Shown: in pieces, positions 1 through 11,614 of the stretch
How the letters are laid out: each line of letters opens with the position of its first letter
How positions within the stretch are numbered: the first letter of the stretch is position 1
From: Phoronis australis
Taxonomy: Eukaryota > Animalia > Phoronida
Assembly (NCBI GenBank): GCA_002633005.1
Contig: NMRA01000024.1
Span: 1,476,780 to 1,540,779 of the forward strand
Direction of reading: 5' to 3'
Length of the DNA stretch: 64,000 nt
The notes under the pieces: model-generated
What the model was told of the DNA's origin: nothing
Databases searched by the model: none
What the model saw: the letters and a program-made list of their open reading frames with translations, nothing else
Position numbers and translations under genes: made by a program

Positions 1-3000
1 ATGTGTGACTGAACTGAACGTATGCCTGATGAGGTGAAATACACATTTTTGATGCTCAGTGGAGACTTGCTCTGTTACAGTTGTAAACCCAACAGGTAAG
101 AAACATTCATAGTTGGAGTATGAAATGCAACACTTGATCACCTTGAGGTGCCCTGCTTTTGTTTTACAGGTGGTTTGTAAACCAGCACTTCAAGCCATTT
201 TCTGCTACGATAAGCAATGAAAACGTCTACAAAGATCTCGTAATTGAAACTGAAGATTTGCAGAAGAAGTTGGGCTCTGCTGTACATAAGTAAGTGGTTC
301 AGCGATTCCTTTGTAAGAGCACTTTCTATTTTGTACTTCATTGATAAATGCTTCATGGTGTTGTTCCCATGTGCTTCAGTATACTTATATTTAACTGTGT
401 GGTGGCTGGCATCTAGAGTCATGCCTACTAGATTCTGCCCTTGGTTCAATTATATTTTCAGGGAACTATAACCTGTTTTCAGGAAGTCAAAATTTCCACG
501 AAATGGAAAGGTTTGTCCAAACCCATGTTTTTCAGCTAGACAGAGGATTTTGTATTGTACTACTATTTTTAGCTAACATTATGTTTATCAGGTCTGAAAC
601 TTTAGTCTGTTACTTAGTACTAATAAGTACTAATTAATAATTTCATCTATTTTAATTTCTTTTTTAGTCCCTTTAATTTCTTTTTTTTTAGTCGGCGACA
701 AAAACTCAGCAGTACTGGCCTCAAGGACGCCACCTTGAAGAAAAAAATTAAACTTCCCAGTAAAGATCTCAAATTGATCTTGCTCTACGCAAGCAAGATG
801 GTGGAGCACTTCTTTCCTCAACATGTGATTGGTCGACTCAAAGTCTCAGAGCAACAGTTCTGGGAAGAGAGGCAACTTGAGCTTGGAGACTGGATGGGTA
901 TTTAAGTATTTTTCACTAATTGGTCCTTATTAATTATGTCAAATTTGATCATTTCAAATGTTCGAAATTGTCATTCTTAGAGTGATAATTTTTATTTACT
1001 TAATTTACAATTACTGCAATGATAGTAATGTTAACTTTGCAAAATTGTTAACTTTTGTGCTTCACGTGACAAAACGTTTGAAATAGTTTACCAGGAGATT
1101 CAAAAGCATGGTGTAAAATGATTTGCTGCTGTGACAACAGACAAAGGGGCAAACTTATAAAGTAAAATTGTTGCTGTTAAGTTGCTAGTATTCTATAGAA
1201 AAGGAGCAAAAACCTCTTGGAAAGGCAAGATTGTTATTGCAGAAATGTCATTTCACATTTTTCAAGACCTTGCATTAAACTGTACTCATGAGCTGTACAA
1301 TGACAAGATGCGTGTGTCACTTATAGTTTGGAAACATTTACATGACATTAGTTGTTACCGCTGTTTGCAAAACGTTTCTCTCTGTTGCAGGTTTGGCCAG
1401 CAAACTTTTTGAAGAAATATTTTCTCCTGGCTTTCTGGTTCCACTGGAGACAACAGATGTCAGTTTTCACCTAGAGGTGAGGAGATTGAGATATAAAATG
1501 AATATCAAGTCTTCTTTAATGTTCTGTCAGTTTGTTTGATTGGCAGCAGTATGGTTCTCATCATGACATGGTTTTAAAGTCCAAATCTAATCAATGCTGG
1601 GCAACTGGTACATTTTTTAACTGAACCGGTTCCTGTTGGAGGACATGGTAATCGCCACTACTGTATCGCCATTGCTAATACTGTGGCATTTACCCACAAT
1701 GCTGTGCATTCGGGGGAAGGGGGCTCTTGTCCCTCAGTTGCACACTGCTGTTTTACCTTAAAATTAGATCACTTTGTTATTTGTTGTTTTGATGCAAATA
1801 AAGTGATGAAATGAAGACAGAAAATTTTGAAAAGCTGAGTGTAGCACGATTGAAATAATGTTCTTCACTTATCCAACTTGATTCAGAAGTTTGCTGTTGG
1901 TCGTGCATTTTGAAACCTAGGTCAATCATGCAATGCATTTTTATCCCTCCACAAAGAGCGGTGATTTGGGGATGTGGGAATCTTAGCAACTTGTAGGTGT
2001 TGAGTGTTTCTTGGTGATTAACAAGCCTGTCGTTCACTCCACAGATAAGGTGCTGTTTTAACCTCACTTAGCCCTTTACAAATACATCATGAAAATCGTG
2101 AATCTCCTATTTTCTTGATCATGTGACATCATTGATTCACTTTCTGCCGTCTTTGTTTAATTATTGTTCCTAAGACCCTCCATCAATTTTTCTTCTCAGT
2201 TGTTCCAGAGGAAAGTTTTAGAGAAATGAAAGTTTAGAGCTTCCTGACACTTACAAAAATGCAAATGGAGGCTTTAAAGAAGCAGCGGGTGTTTGTGTCA
2301 AATAATCATTGTTAGCACTTAACTTTGTATGCATTACTGACAGGAATTACATGTATATACTGGTGTGTCAGTACCTCTTCAGAAAACTTGGTTATACTGT
2401 ATTTGCTCATTTCCAGGTATCTCACCTGAATCTTCACAGGTATGCGGGTATGTTGCACACCACGGATTTCAGAGATGACCTGGATGTGGTCACCATTCAC
2501 CACGTTGATGCGGGTAGGATATTGTAATGTGTGTGATGAGAACCAGTTATACGGTCAACAAAATGTTTCATTGAATTTATAAATATTAACATTAGGGTTA
2601 TTTAAGGTAGGTGGATACACAAAAAAAATAATTTTGACTGTTTTTTACATTTNTTCAACAAAAATTGGAACATAATGACCACGCATTCTGAACGAAATTT
2701 GATCTCAAGTGGCAATCGATGGACCGCTTAACTTCAAAGCCGTTTTTCTCGGCTCGTGATTTCAGGATAGTGACAAGATTCTCGGGCCTATTTTTCCACA
2801 ACACGTGGGTCAATTTTTACGAAAGTTGCAAATTTGAAATCCTCTAGGACTGAAGTAAAATCGCGTGCCGGGGTTTTTTGATAAATGGACCAGATTTTTA
2901 GTTATAAGACGGAAAGTGATCAAATGACAAAAAGTGGCGTGCTTGCCCCAACTCAAACACAAAAAATGCCACAAAATCAAGATCATAATGATTTTGTACA

Positions 3001-5806
3001 CATATTTGGTATGGATAAGTAGAATATTGCGTAAGGAAACAATTGATGATGATTCCTGTGCATTTTGAAAAAAAAATCGAGGTAAAATTGGATTTTTTGA
3101 AAATTAAAAAATACGATTTTTTAAAAGAACGAACTACATAAAAAACTTTTTTTTTTCGATTTTTGTCACTTTCAGAGTCATGTCTAACTAGTTAAAACTC
3201 CCTTTTTACTCATTTTAGTTAGGAACCTGGAGATTTGATAAGTGTATACACCTACCTTAATACAATATGTTAAGATCAGGCTGTAGACCAGTGCCTAGAT
3301 GCCAGTTTGTTCAGTATCATTAAAACAAATGTTCACAGGTCTCATCATAGTCTCATTATGGTTTGTAATTCATGTTTTGGTGCACTAAGACGCACCCATT
3401 ACGGTTTCTTGAATGTTTATTTAAACTTCATTTATTTTGGTATATATTTATGTCTCTTTATGGACTTTATGACAGACATGAATACAGACTCATGACCTGA
3501 GGCAGTCGGATAGTACACTGACAGAGGGTTGAGGGAGAGCACTTTATGTGTTACAGCAATGCAAACGTGACTGAGCAGTGCATTACCCTGGATCCATGTC
3601 AGGTCAAAGAGAAAGCCTTCAAGATTGTTGGTTGTAGCGTAATTGCTTTAATTTTCTAACTGAGCTCAAACACATTCAGACTATTCCAGGCTTTACTATT
3701 TTACTGCAAAATTGCAGGAGACGTCCAAGTAGACATGCCTTATCTTGACGTGGCTGTGTTTGACCCCAGTGCCAAAGAACCCTACAGTAACCTAGCGACC
3801 CTGGCAACTCATTCAAGGCGACCGTGGAAACGACCTCGTTGGGTTGGCAGGAAAGAGGACAAGCTAGAGATCCCACCGCCAGTACCTCATCCAGGTGTGA
3901 TCGCTGTCGTCATGTTCAACAGGTGACTGTTTTGTGCAGAATTCGTCAGGATAAAGTTTGCGATCTCAGTTTTAAAATTGTTATGAAGTTTAGTAAATGT
4001 TGATCAGCTTTATTCTTCAAGACTACAAGAGCAAGAGTGTGCTGACATGATATTTCATGTGGCAATTAGTTTGTGCTTTGGAGTGTATCATGTGTGATAT
4101 CAGATGTGTGTATTAATTTAAGAGTTGGAATTTTAATGTAAATTATGTCATTATAGTAATTTAAAATAAAGTAGCTTCTTATTAAGTTGTATTTGAATTG
4201 AATTAAGTGTCAAGTACTTGATGAAATTATGTAGAACTTTTTTGTTCAATTTTTGTCCTTCTTTGCAATGTTCACCGCACAGAATCTATCTAATAGACCT
4301 CACAGAACTAGTCAAGCAAATGAAGGACAACGACTTGATTGACATATGGGTTCAGCTACCTGACTTAATGTTGCACAACAACTTTTTCTTACAGAGAAAA
4401 TGACCAGGACTTGATTGACATGTCAGACATGATGACACAGCAGATACTGAAAGCAGCAGAAAACACTCCTTACCAGCCTCCTCAGAACATGGCGACCTCC
4501 GTCGAAATGGAATCCAGTACCACCGACCGGACGGTAGCGTCCACCCCCGATTTTGATTCTCCTCGAATCCACCTTGCCCGGCCGGAAAGAGGCTTCTCAG
4601 ATGATGACTTAAACGTGCACGTCAGTGGTGCGAGCAACATCGTGGCGGAAATCCCCGATGAGGCCGCTGAAGGTAACGATAGGCTCAGCTTAGCAGCATT
4701 TGAAGAACTGTACTCAGAGTATGAATCAAGCTGTATGATTTCTGTTGATGACCTTAAATGTATGGAGAGTCAGGTTTAGAGAGTAGCCTCGGAATTATGT
4801 TACTTCTCGTTACAACTATGCATATTTTCGACTATTGATGGTAGACTGCTGGTAATTGTGTTTGTGTTGACTGTTATGGGATGGTTTGCTATTTAAACTT
4901 TATTTTTGACACCTTAAACTTGTACAAACCATGTCTTTTTGAGGGGGGGGACGTAGTAAGTCTTCAGATGGACACCATGATCACTGAATGATAATACTGT
5001 ATGAAGCCAGAAGGATTCTTTTTCTGGTTGTTTTTCAAATTTCAAATTTAAAACTAGGGTACGGGATTGTAGAAAGGGCACATTCAAGCGTGATTAACCG
5101 CATGTGTCTTAAAGCCACACGCAGCGACGAAGATATGGCAAAAGTTCATCAAATTCAAGTAAATCACAATTGCTGTTTGTTCTAATTGGTTTCAGTTTTT
5201 AAAAAGACATTAACAAATTTCATTGTTGAACTTCGTTATGGAGTAAATTTAAGGAAATCAGATTTCAAAGGAATCCGTGAAAATCTAACAGAAATGTTCT
5301 GCTTTCTGGAATTTTGCTCATTTCTGATTAGAAGAGATTTCATACACTGTTATTGAAGTTACTTCCATTGCACAAACAGTCACTGTATTCCTCCATTTGT
5401 GTTATTAAAACAATATTGCTAACTGGTCAAGTAGAAAAATGCTTTCTAGATATAGGATTAAAGGATTATGCTGTGAGAGGCTTTAAGACAGTCTGCTAAT
5501 TTCTGTTGCGGGTACTTGCCGTTCGTAATTTTACTCTATTTCTTTAACAGAATGCTTTTGGAACATTTTATCACTTATTTCATTTGTTTCAGTCCTTGTA
5601 CAATTTCAGTACCTAAATGTATGTACTGGCACCACTTAAATGCTGGAGTTTATTAATGCATGAACTGTCGTATTATTTAACTTTCAATTTTTCAATCTGA
5701 ATTTGTTTTATTATTTTATTGTTTTAAATTAATTTCTCCCAAGTCAGTTTAATGGACGGTGTTCACGCTATAATTCTCTGCTTTATTTTGCTGTTTTGCA
5801 GGCTAA
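1..5806 (+). CDS. 3' part of an unidentified multi-exon protein-coding gene (5' end outside the window)
   Basis: Phase-consistent GT-AG exon chain: <1-33, 81-95, 170-289, 692-897, 1391-1476, 2417-2513, 3718-3922 (alt donor 3894), 4395-4672, 5802-5806 (G|GC TAA). Translation ...CKPNRWFVNQHFKPF...KLILLYASKMVEHFFPQHVIGRL...GLASKLFEEIFSPG...HSRRPWKRPRWVG...DQDLIDMSDMM...EAAEG*. I do not recognise the family. The splicing path around 3894-4395 is ambiguous. Confidence 0.75.
170..289 (+). CDS. Exon of unidentified gene (WFVNQHFKPF...GSAVH)
   Basis: ttttgttttacag acceptor, AA|gtaagt donor, open frame, phase 2-2. Confidence 0.8.
692..897 (+). CDS. Exon of unidentified gene (RRQKLSSTG...ELGDWM)
   Basis: Poly-T-ag acceptor, G|gtattt donor, 206 nt open, phase 2-1. 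Confidence 0.85.
1391..1476 (+). CDS. Exon of unidentified gene (GLASKLFEEIFSPG...FHLE)
   Basis: tctgttgcag acceptor, GAG|gtgagg donor, phase 1-0. Confidence 0.85.
2417..2513 (+). CDS. Exon of unidentified gene (VSHLNLHRYAG...HHVDA)
   Basis: catttccag acceptor, G|gtagga donor, phase 0-1. Confidence 0.8.
2606..3256. mobile_element. Non-autonomous DNA transposon with TTAA TSD and GG...CC termini (Kolobok-like)
   Basis: TTAA(2602-2605)|GGTAGGTGGATACAC...GTGTATACACCTACC|TTAA(3257-3260): 15-bp TIR with 1 mismatch. RR...YY ends with a TTAA TSD fit Kolobok rather than piggyBac (CC...GG). No transposase ORF. Confidence 0.8.
3718..3922 (+). CDS. Exon of unidentified gene (GDVQVDMPYLD...PPPVPHP); donor at 3894 or 3922
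   Basis: ttgcag acceptor in phase 1; overlaps ORF 3735-3926; two candidate donors. Confidence 0.8.
4395..4672 (+). CDS. Exon of unidentified gene, acidic low-complexity C-terminal region
   Basis: tttttcttacag acceptor, AAG|gtaacg donor; overlaps ORF 4411-4779. Confidence 0.75.
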
Positions 5807-5965
5807 CCCATGAAGAACCTCAGTGCATGAAATCGGGCTTGAGTTGTGAAAACATTTGATAATTTTTATGTTGGTTTGTCTTGTGCTTCGCGCATCATGT
5901 TAGTGAAGTTTTGTTTGCGTTCACATATGTCTGTGAAGGTTTGTCATTCTTTAACTAGAGGAATT

Positions 5966-6325
5966 CTGGTTCATATACTGTGGAACAGGAGTCATATTTT
6001 GGGATGTGCTTGAAAATTGTGTGGAATTTTAGCTTAACAATGAAAATTCTTAAATATTTCATAAAGCCCTGGAAATGTTGTGGAAATGTTCTGGAATTTT
6101 AAAGATTTTTGGGGATCTGAATTATTGTTTTGCTGTGGAATGTTCATACATCAGGAATATTTGCTGTACGTTCATTGGAACTATGATTGAGACCAACACG
6201 TCTGATAATTAAAATTTGATTGTGTCGTTTTTGCCACATCAACTTTCATAATGTCCTAAAAAGTCATCGAATTTTGATCAGAAACAGTCCCGGAATCTTG
6301 TCCACAAAATTTTGTATGAACCATG
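5966..6325. mobile_element. Degenerate MITE (hAT-like) in the putative 3' UTR
   Basis: Inverted ends tggttcata(t)ac / gtatgaacca with repeated internal tggaa(a/t)t motifs; no TSD recognised. Confidence 0.4.
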
Positions 6326-9300
6326 TTTTATGAGTTGTAGCATGATGTTCACTGCTTTGACATTTTTAATATTCTGTCCATAGTGATGCATGTTTTGTGA
6401 TTCATTCATTCATTAACAAGATGCAGGTTTTTAAGTGATGTAAGAAATACTCGTTTTCGGTTGAAACTGGCGTGTTTACGTGCATGAGATAGGTGTGGCC
6501 CGTGTTCTTTGCAATATTGCACTGCATTCTTCTTGCATACAGGGTGTCCAAAAATGTTCTGATATATGACTACCAGGACATGGTCTTACTGAAAACTAAT
6601 GGTGCGTATCTTATTCCAGGAATGCTTAAGTTTGTTCTGAAGTGCGTAGAAGTTAGAAAAGTGCCGTAAATTGCAGGAGACAAAACTTAATTACAAAATT
6701 ATCATCAAGCACTACTAGTTAATGTAACTCTGGAGCAGATTTCGAGGATTTTTCACAAAGCTGAATATGCCAAGATGGAGTGATATGAAAAACAAATGTT
6801 TCAAATGTTTTCTACTTTGGAAATTGTCTTTGATTTGAATACAAGTTGTCAACCGTGGCTTTTTCTCCAACTTCTGTGCTTTACGAAAAACTTTGGTATT
6901 TGTGGAATTATACAAAAAACATTTGTAAACAGTGAAACTATTTTCTGGTGCTCATATATCACAGTATTTTTGTAAATAGTTTATGGTACAACTGAGGAGA
7001 TTGTCGTGTATTTTACGAGTGTTTTAATTTTTAGTTTGAATGTTCGAATAGCATATATCTTGTGGATGCATGGTACGTTGTCAGGATGTAGAAACAATTC
7101 AGTTGTCAAACTCACAAATGCTCTGGTTGACATCTATAAAGGTCAGGATCGGAGAACAAACTTGTGGTTTTATAACTTATCAATACACTGTGATCCAGTT
7201 CGAGTGGTGCAATATTTTGTTAAACTCCAGTTGCAGACCAATTGCCACACCTTGGTCACCTGTGTCTCCTACCTGATTTTACTGTTAGGTTCTTCCCTAT
7301 TGAAAACTGACTGAATATTCTTCAAGAAGATTAAAATTAGTTACAGGAGTACTCTGTTGTGGGGTTAGTTATGCAAGACTAATCAGCCTAGAGGGAGCAC
7401 TGCAACAATTCAACAAAGGAGCAATTACAGTTGCCGTGCACAAGCTTTTTTATTCTGTAGTAGCTGTTTTTTTTTGTTATTCCAATGTCGCTTTCCCACC
7501 AACACCTTATCAAGAAACTGTGGTCTATGGTAATTTACCTTCCATGGACTGGCAACACTGGAGTTACCGTTAGTTCTCTGGTTTAAAAACCAGATTGCGT
7601 GTTTGAATCATACTCTCCAATTAATGGATTTCAGAGTAATAAACATTTTCCCTCCACACTGCGTTATTTTCTGTCAGATTTCTGTTATCTTGTCCTTTTA
7701 TGTGGGACTATTGATAGTTGGCAATGAAAGACACAAGAATCATAAATTTTAAGTCTCGCGTGGTTGATTACTCCAGGGGAACTGGTGTTAACATTTCCTG
7801 CTGAAGTCGAGTGGCACAATTCTGCATCAATTTTGAAATGAGTTGCGAGGACTAATTAAGTCTGGGAGTTAAGGTTTCCCATATTGCGGAATTCTGCAAA
7901 ACGGGCATTGCGATGTTGATGGGGAAATAGACATAAAACTGAAAAAAAATTCAATGTTTATATACTGTAGTGCCAAAAATGGTCCGCTCTGTAGTTTTTG
8001 TTTAACTGAGGCAGTTGCCTCCAACTGTTCCGCTATCCCCAAACAAAAGAAGCCAGACTAAGTCTAGTAACTGTTGTAAATGGCTATTCAAATCCCAACT
8101 GGTGAGAAGCATTCACTGTTGACTGTTGGGAAATGAAGTATACCGGATTGTTTCTTCATTAGATTGGTGAAGTGGTAAACACATGGTGTAATACTGCAAC
8201 TGGTCTGGCAAGAAACTGGATTTTTATGTTGCCCCACACCACTACTTGAAGTTTTTTATGCAGAAAATGTGTTATGTCTGTGTCCCAGTTTTATTATGTT
8301 TTATCATGTTTTTGTCTACCAGAGTAAGCCCTGTGAGGACCGTCTTTGGTAAGAAGAAATATTGATCCCATGTTTGAAAGAATATCACTGGGTCTGGCAT
8401 TGTTATTATTATTGTATGTCTGTGATACCCATTTTATTAGATTTTACGTAAATAGTAAAAATTTGCTTGTGGTCGTGGTATGCATAATATTTTCTTGGGT
8501 GTGCTTCATTGTGCAAGATGAAGTATATGCAGGCTCATCTGCTTGCTAGATAGATTTATTATTACGTGTGCACACCTAGTTTATGCTTGGGTCATAGGTT
8601 GCACTTACTGGGTGTTGGAAACTAACATGACATTATGGGAAGTTGGTAGTTGTAATATAAAGTTGACGAGTTTCATCAAAATGTGCTTGTTGATACTAAC
8701 TGCTCACTGTCTTAATATGCAAGTGGCGAACAATCATGGTTTTTAATGAGACGCTGTTATTGATAAAGCTGTGACATTGTAGTCCTGTTAGCAATGTGTT
8801 AGGATTTTTTTTAATCACATTTCATTTTCAGTCAATATGTAGCTGTTACTTTCAAAAGCGAGATTTAGCGGGGAGGCTTTTCAATGTTTTTTTATTTCGT
8901 GTTTGATATTTTTAAGGTGTTTACTACACGAACATGTATGTTCACAAATAATGGAAATTGTCCCAGCGTGTGACAAAATGTGAAAAATGTAGTTCACCAT
9001 TTGGCAGTTTTGTCTGTTTTTCGTAATTTTTGATGAGATGTAACATATGAGTGTAAATGGCTTTCAAAGTTATGATTACGACACTCGTCTTACATTGCTT
9101 TTAGAACACGTTATTACTCATTCTGTATTGTACTTATATCAATGACATACTCACTGCCTCTCAATAGGTGGTACTCAATCATGACCCATGTATGTGTATA
9201 CGGCTACAGTTGGTGTTTCAGTGCTTGTTTTAGTGCAATTACCGTTAACGCTGTAAAGGTTATTATTCCTGAACGACAGCTCCGTGTGTTTGCCCAACAT

Positions 9301-9834
9301 CATTGGTATGCAGAAACCTAAGTTATATCGAGTGCTGCTTCGGTGGGGCAAAAATAGCTAACGATAAAGTAAGAAATTAATGTAGTTGTTTTTCCTTAAG
9401 CCATGCCTTTGAGTATAGCCATAGAAAACAAGAAGTGTTTTAAGGGTTACCTTCTTTCATGGCTCAAGGATTTTTTGTGATGCGTAGTCATTGGGTGAAA
9501 TTGAATTTCAAAGTAATAGTTACATTTACCAATCAGCTCTCAGTATAGTTTTAATGCACGGTGGAGCCAGTTGTAGGTAATTAATTGTTGGGCAAGGGAG
9601 TTTCCTGAACATGTATTGGTGCTCTTAATTTGGCTAATACCAATACTATGATCTGTCATTTAATGATAATTTGCATTAAAATATGAATTACACTAGTCAG
9701 ACTGTTTCGTCTTTTTTGTGATGTTTTTTTAATCTACAGTAGCAGTGATGTTTTAAAACTTTGTGTGTGAAAAGGAAAATTAATGTTTAGATTTGGTTTT
9801 GTCTCCAGTATTAATAGTGCAGTATTTATTGAGC

Positions 9835-9840
9835 AATAAA
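9835..9840 (+). terminator. Candidate polyadenylation signal of gene 1 (~4 kb 3' UTR)
   Basis: AATAAA followed by GT/T-rich sequence at the end of a TG-skewed tract. Confidence 0.45.
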
Positions 9841-11146
9841 TTGCTTCAGTTTTAGTCTCGTCTTTGTTTGCTAGTAAAGTGAGGGCTATGTTGTGTACAC
9901 CCTATTCAATGGTCAGGCACTTACGGGGAAAAATCTTGATGATTGTGGAACAAAAATGTTAAATGTCTGAACAGAAAAAATGCAATTAATGCCTGTTCCT
10001 TCTGAAAGAAAAGCAAGAAAAGCAACTTCATTTAAGCCTCATACTGTACAATTAAAGAATTGTCTCTTGGTAATGACTTGGATTAGAAATTATTTATAGA
10101 TTTTAGAGAATTTCAGGCTTAGTGGTTTTAATGTTTTCATAAAAGATGAGTTACACCTCCAATAAATGTCCACAAAATTATAGCAATATTGCGGAAACTG
10201 GACATTCGCAACAGTTAGAAGCCTTTGTGACAAATGAAACCGATCAGTTTTGGCAATTAATTTTTTACCAAAAGTAGGTATCACCTAGTGAGTTAATTTC
10301 CTGGCACAGTGGGTCAACTTTAGTGACTGGAACAGTAAGGCTTTTCAGTATTATCAATATCTGTCAGTTGAAAGACAAGAAGCGAAATGTGAATGACATT
10401 TTCACCATCCCAAAATTTGTTAAGACTACTGTCTCACACAGCTTTAATGCACATTATCTCAACTCCTCCTCTTGGTCCTCCAAAGAATTACAGAGCACAT
10501 AGCCAAGTTGCAGGAGGATTGACGTGGTTGCTGAAATTGCAGATTTCTATTCTTCAGAGGCTTGCCACATTGTTGCACAATGTGCATGCTCAAAATTTTA
10601 CCAAATTTTCTTTGGAAATGTCTATGCCATACAAACCATGCTAAAAGATAAGTACAGTTTCCAGGAAAGTTACTTTTGTCGAGAAATTTGACAAAATGAA
10701 ATTCCAGCTGTCTGCCATATTGTGTCCGAAACAAGACTTTTAACTGTACTGGGAGTTTCCCAGAGATATTAGGGCTGAAAAAAAAGTTATTTTGCTGAAT
10801 GTCAGGGCTTGACCCAAATTCTAGAAATAGTCAATATTAATCGTCTCAATTTGATGAATTACGGGGACTACCCAACAGATGGCCAAATTACCTTCCCTGA
10901 ACATTGAAAACACACTTTCCAAAATTTGAGATATGTGGCTAACACCAAAATCACTCAAATTGCAGAATCGAGAAAATTTTGGGGGAGTTTTCATGTCCCA
11001 AATTCTAGAGACTAACTGCTATAAACAGCCTCGTTGATTCAACCAATTTTGCAAAGTCATACATACTTTTCACAAAATGTTATTAAAAATGAGAGAAAAG
11101 AGTAAATTTAATTGAATTATCAGAAAACAAGACCAGATCACAAATG

Positions 11147-11152
11147 TTTATT
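11147..11152 (-). terminator. Candidate polyadenylation signal of the Kelch gene (~6 kb 3' UTR)
   Basis: AATAAA on - (tttatt on +) at the end of a long A/C-rich (+ strand) tract running from 17.3 kb. Confidence 0.45.
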
Positions 11153-11562
11153 TAAAACTCTTTTCGAGGAAGAAAAACAAGTATTATAGTTAAAACGATA
11201 TATACAAGCAAAATATATACATAAACATTCCCTTGCTACATACAATACACAATAAGAATATAAAAATGTTAACAAGTCCATTTTACACATGGAATAAACA
11301 AGCAAATCTGAGTAATTCTGTACATCTCAATATTGTCAGTCGCAAAAATGGCTGAGTTTGCACCATGCAACCTACAGATGGAAATAACAACACTGCCATG
11401 ACACAAGTCATTAAGACAACGAGGTGAATAAACAATCCTGGAGTAACCACACTCATAAATACTTTAGCCAATGTGGATGGGAGTTTGGTCGGTTTCCTGG
11501 GGATGGGCAGAAAGGGGCAACTTTTGCTAAAACCACGCCGCAAAGGATTTTAATCAGTACAG

Positions 11563-11614
11563 CCCCGTCCACCAACCCCGTCCACCAACCCCGTCCACCA
11601 ACCCCGTCCACCAA
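11563..11614. repeat. 13-bp tandem repeat (CCCCGTCCACCAA)x4
   Basis: Four exact copies. Confidence 0.95.

Noticed and set aside
483-510. Possible extra exon (KSKFPRNGK) in gene 1
   Set aside because: It is phase 2-0, whereas the flanking exons already join 2-2; inclusion leads to a stop at 749-751
1647-1694. Small hairpin containing TAATACTG (miR-8/miR-200 seed)
   Set aside because: The stem is short and bulged, and the rest of the sequence does not match miR-8/200 mature sequences as I recall them
3558-3602. Exon-like segment after tgtgttacag
   Set aside because: In the required phase 1 it hits TGA within four codons
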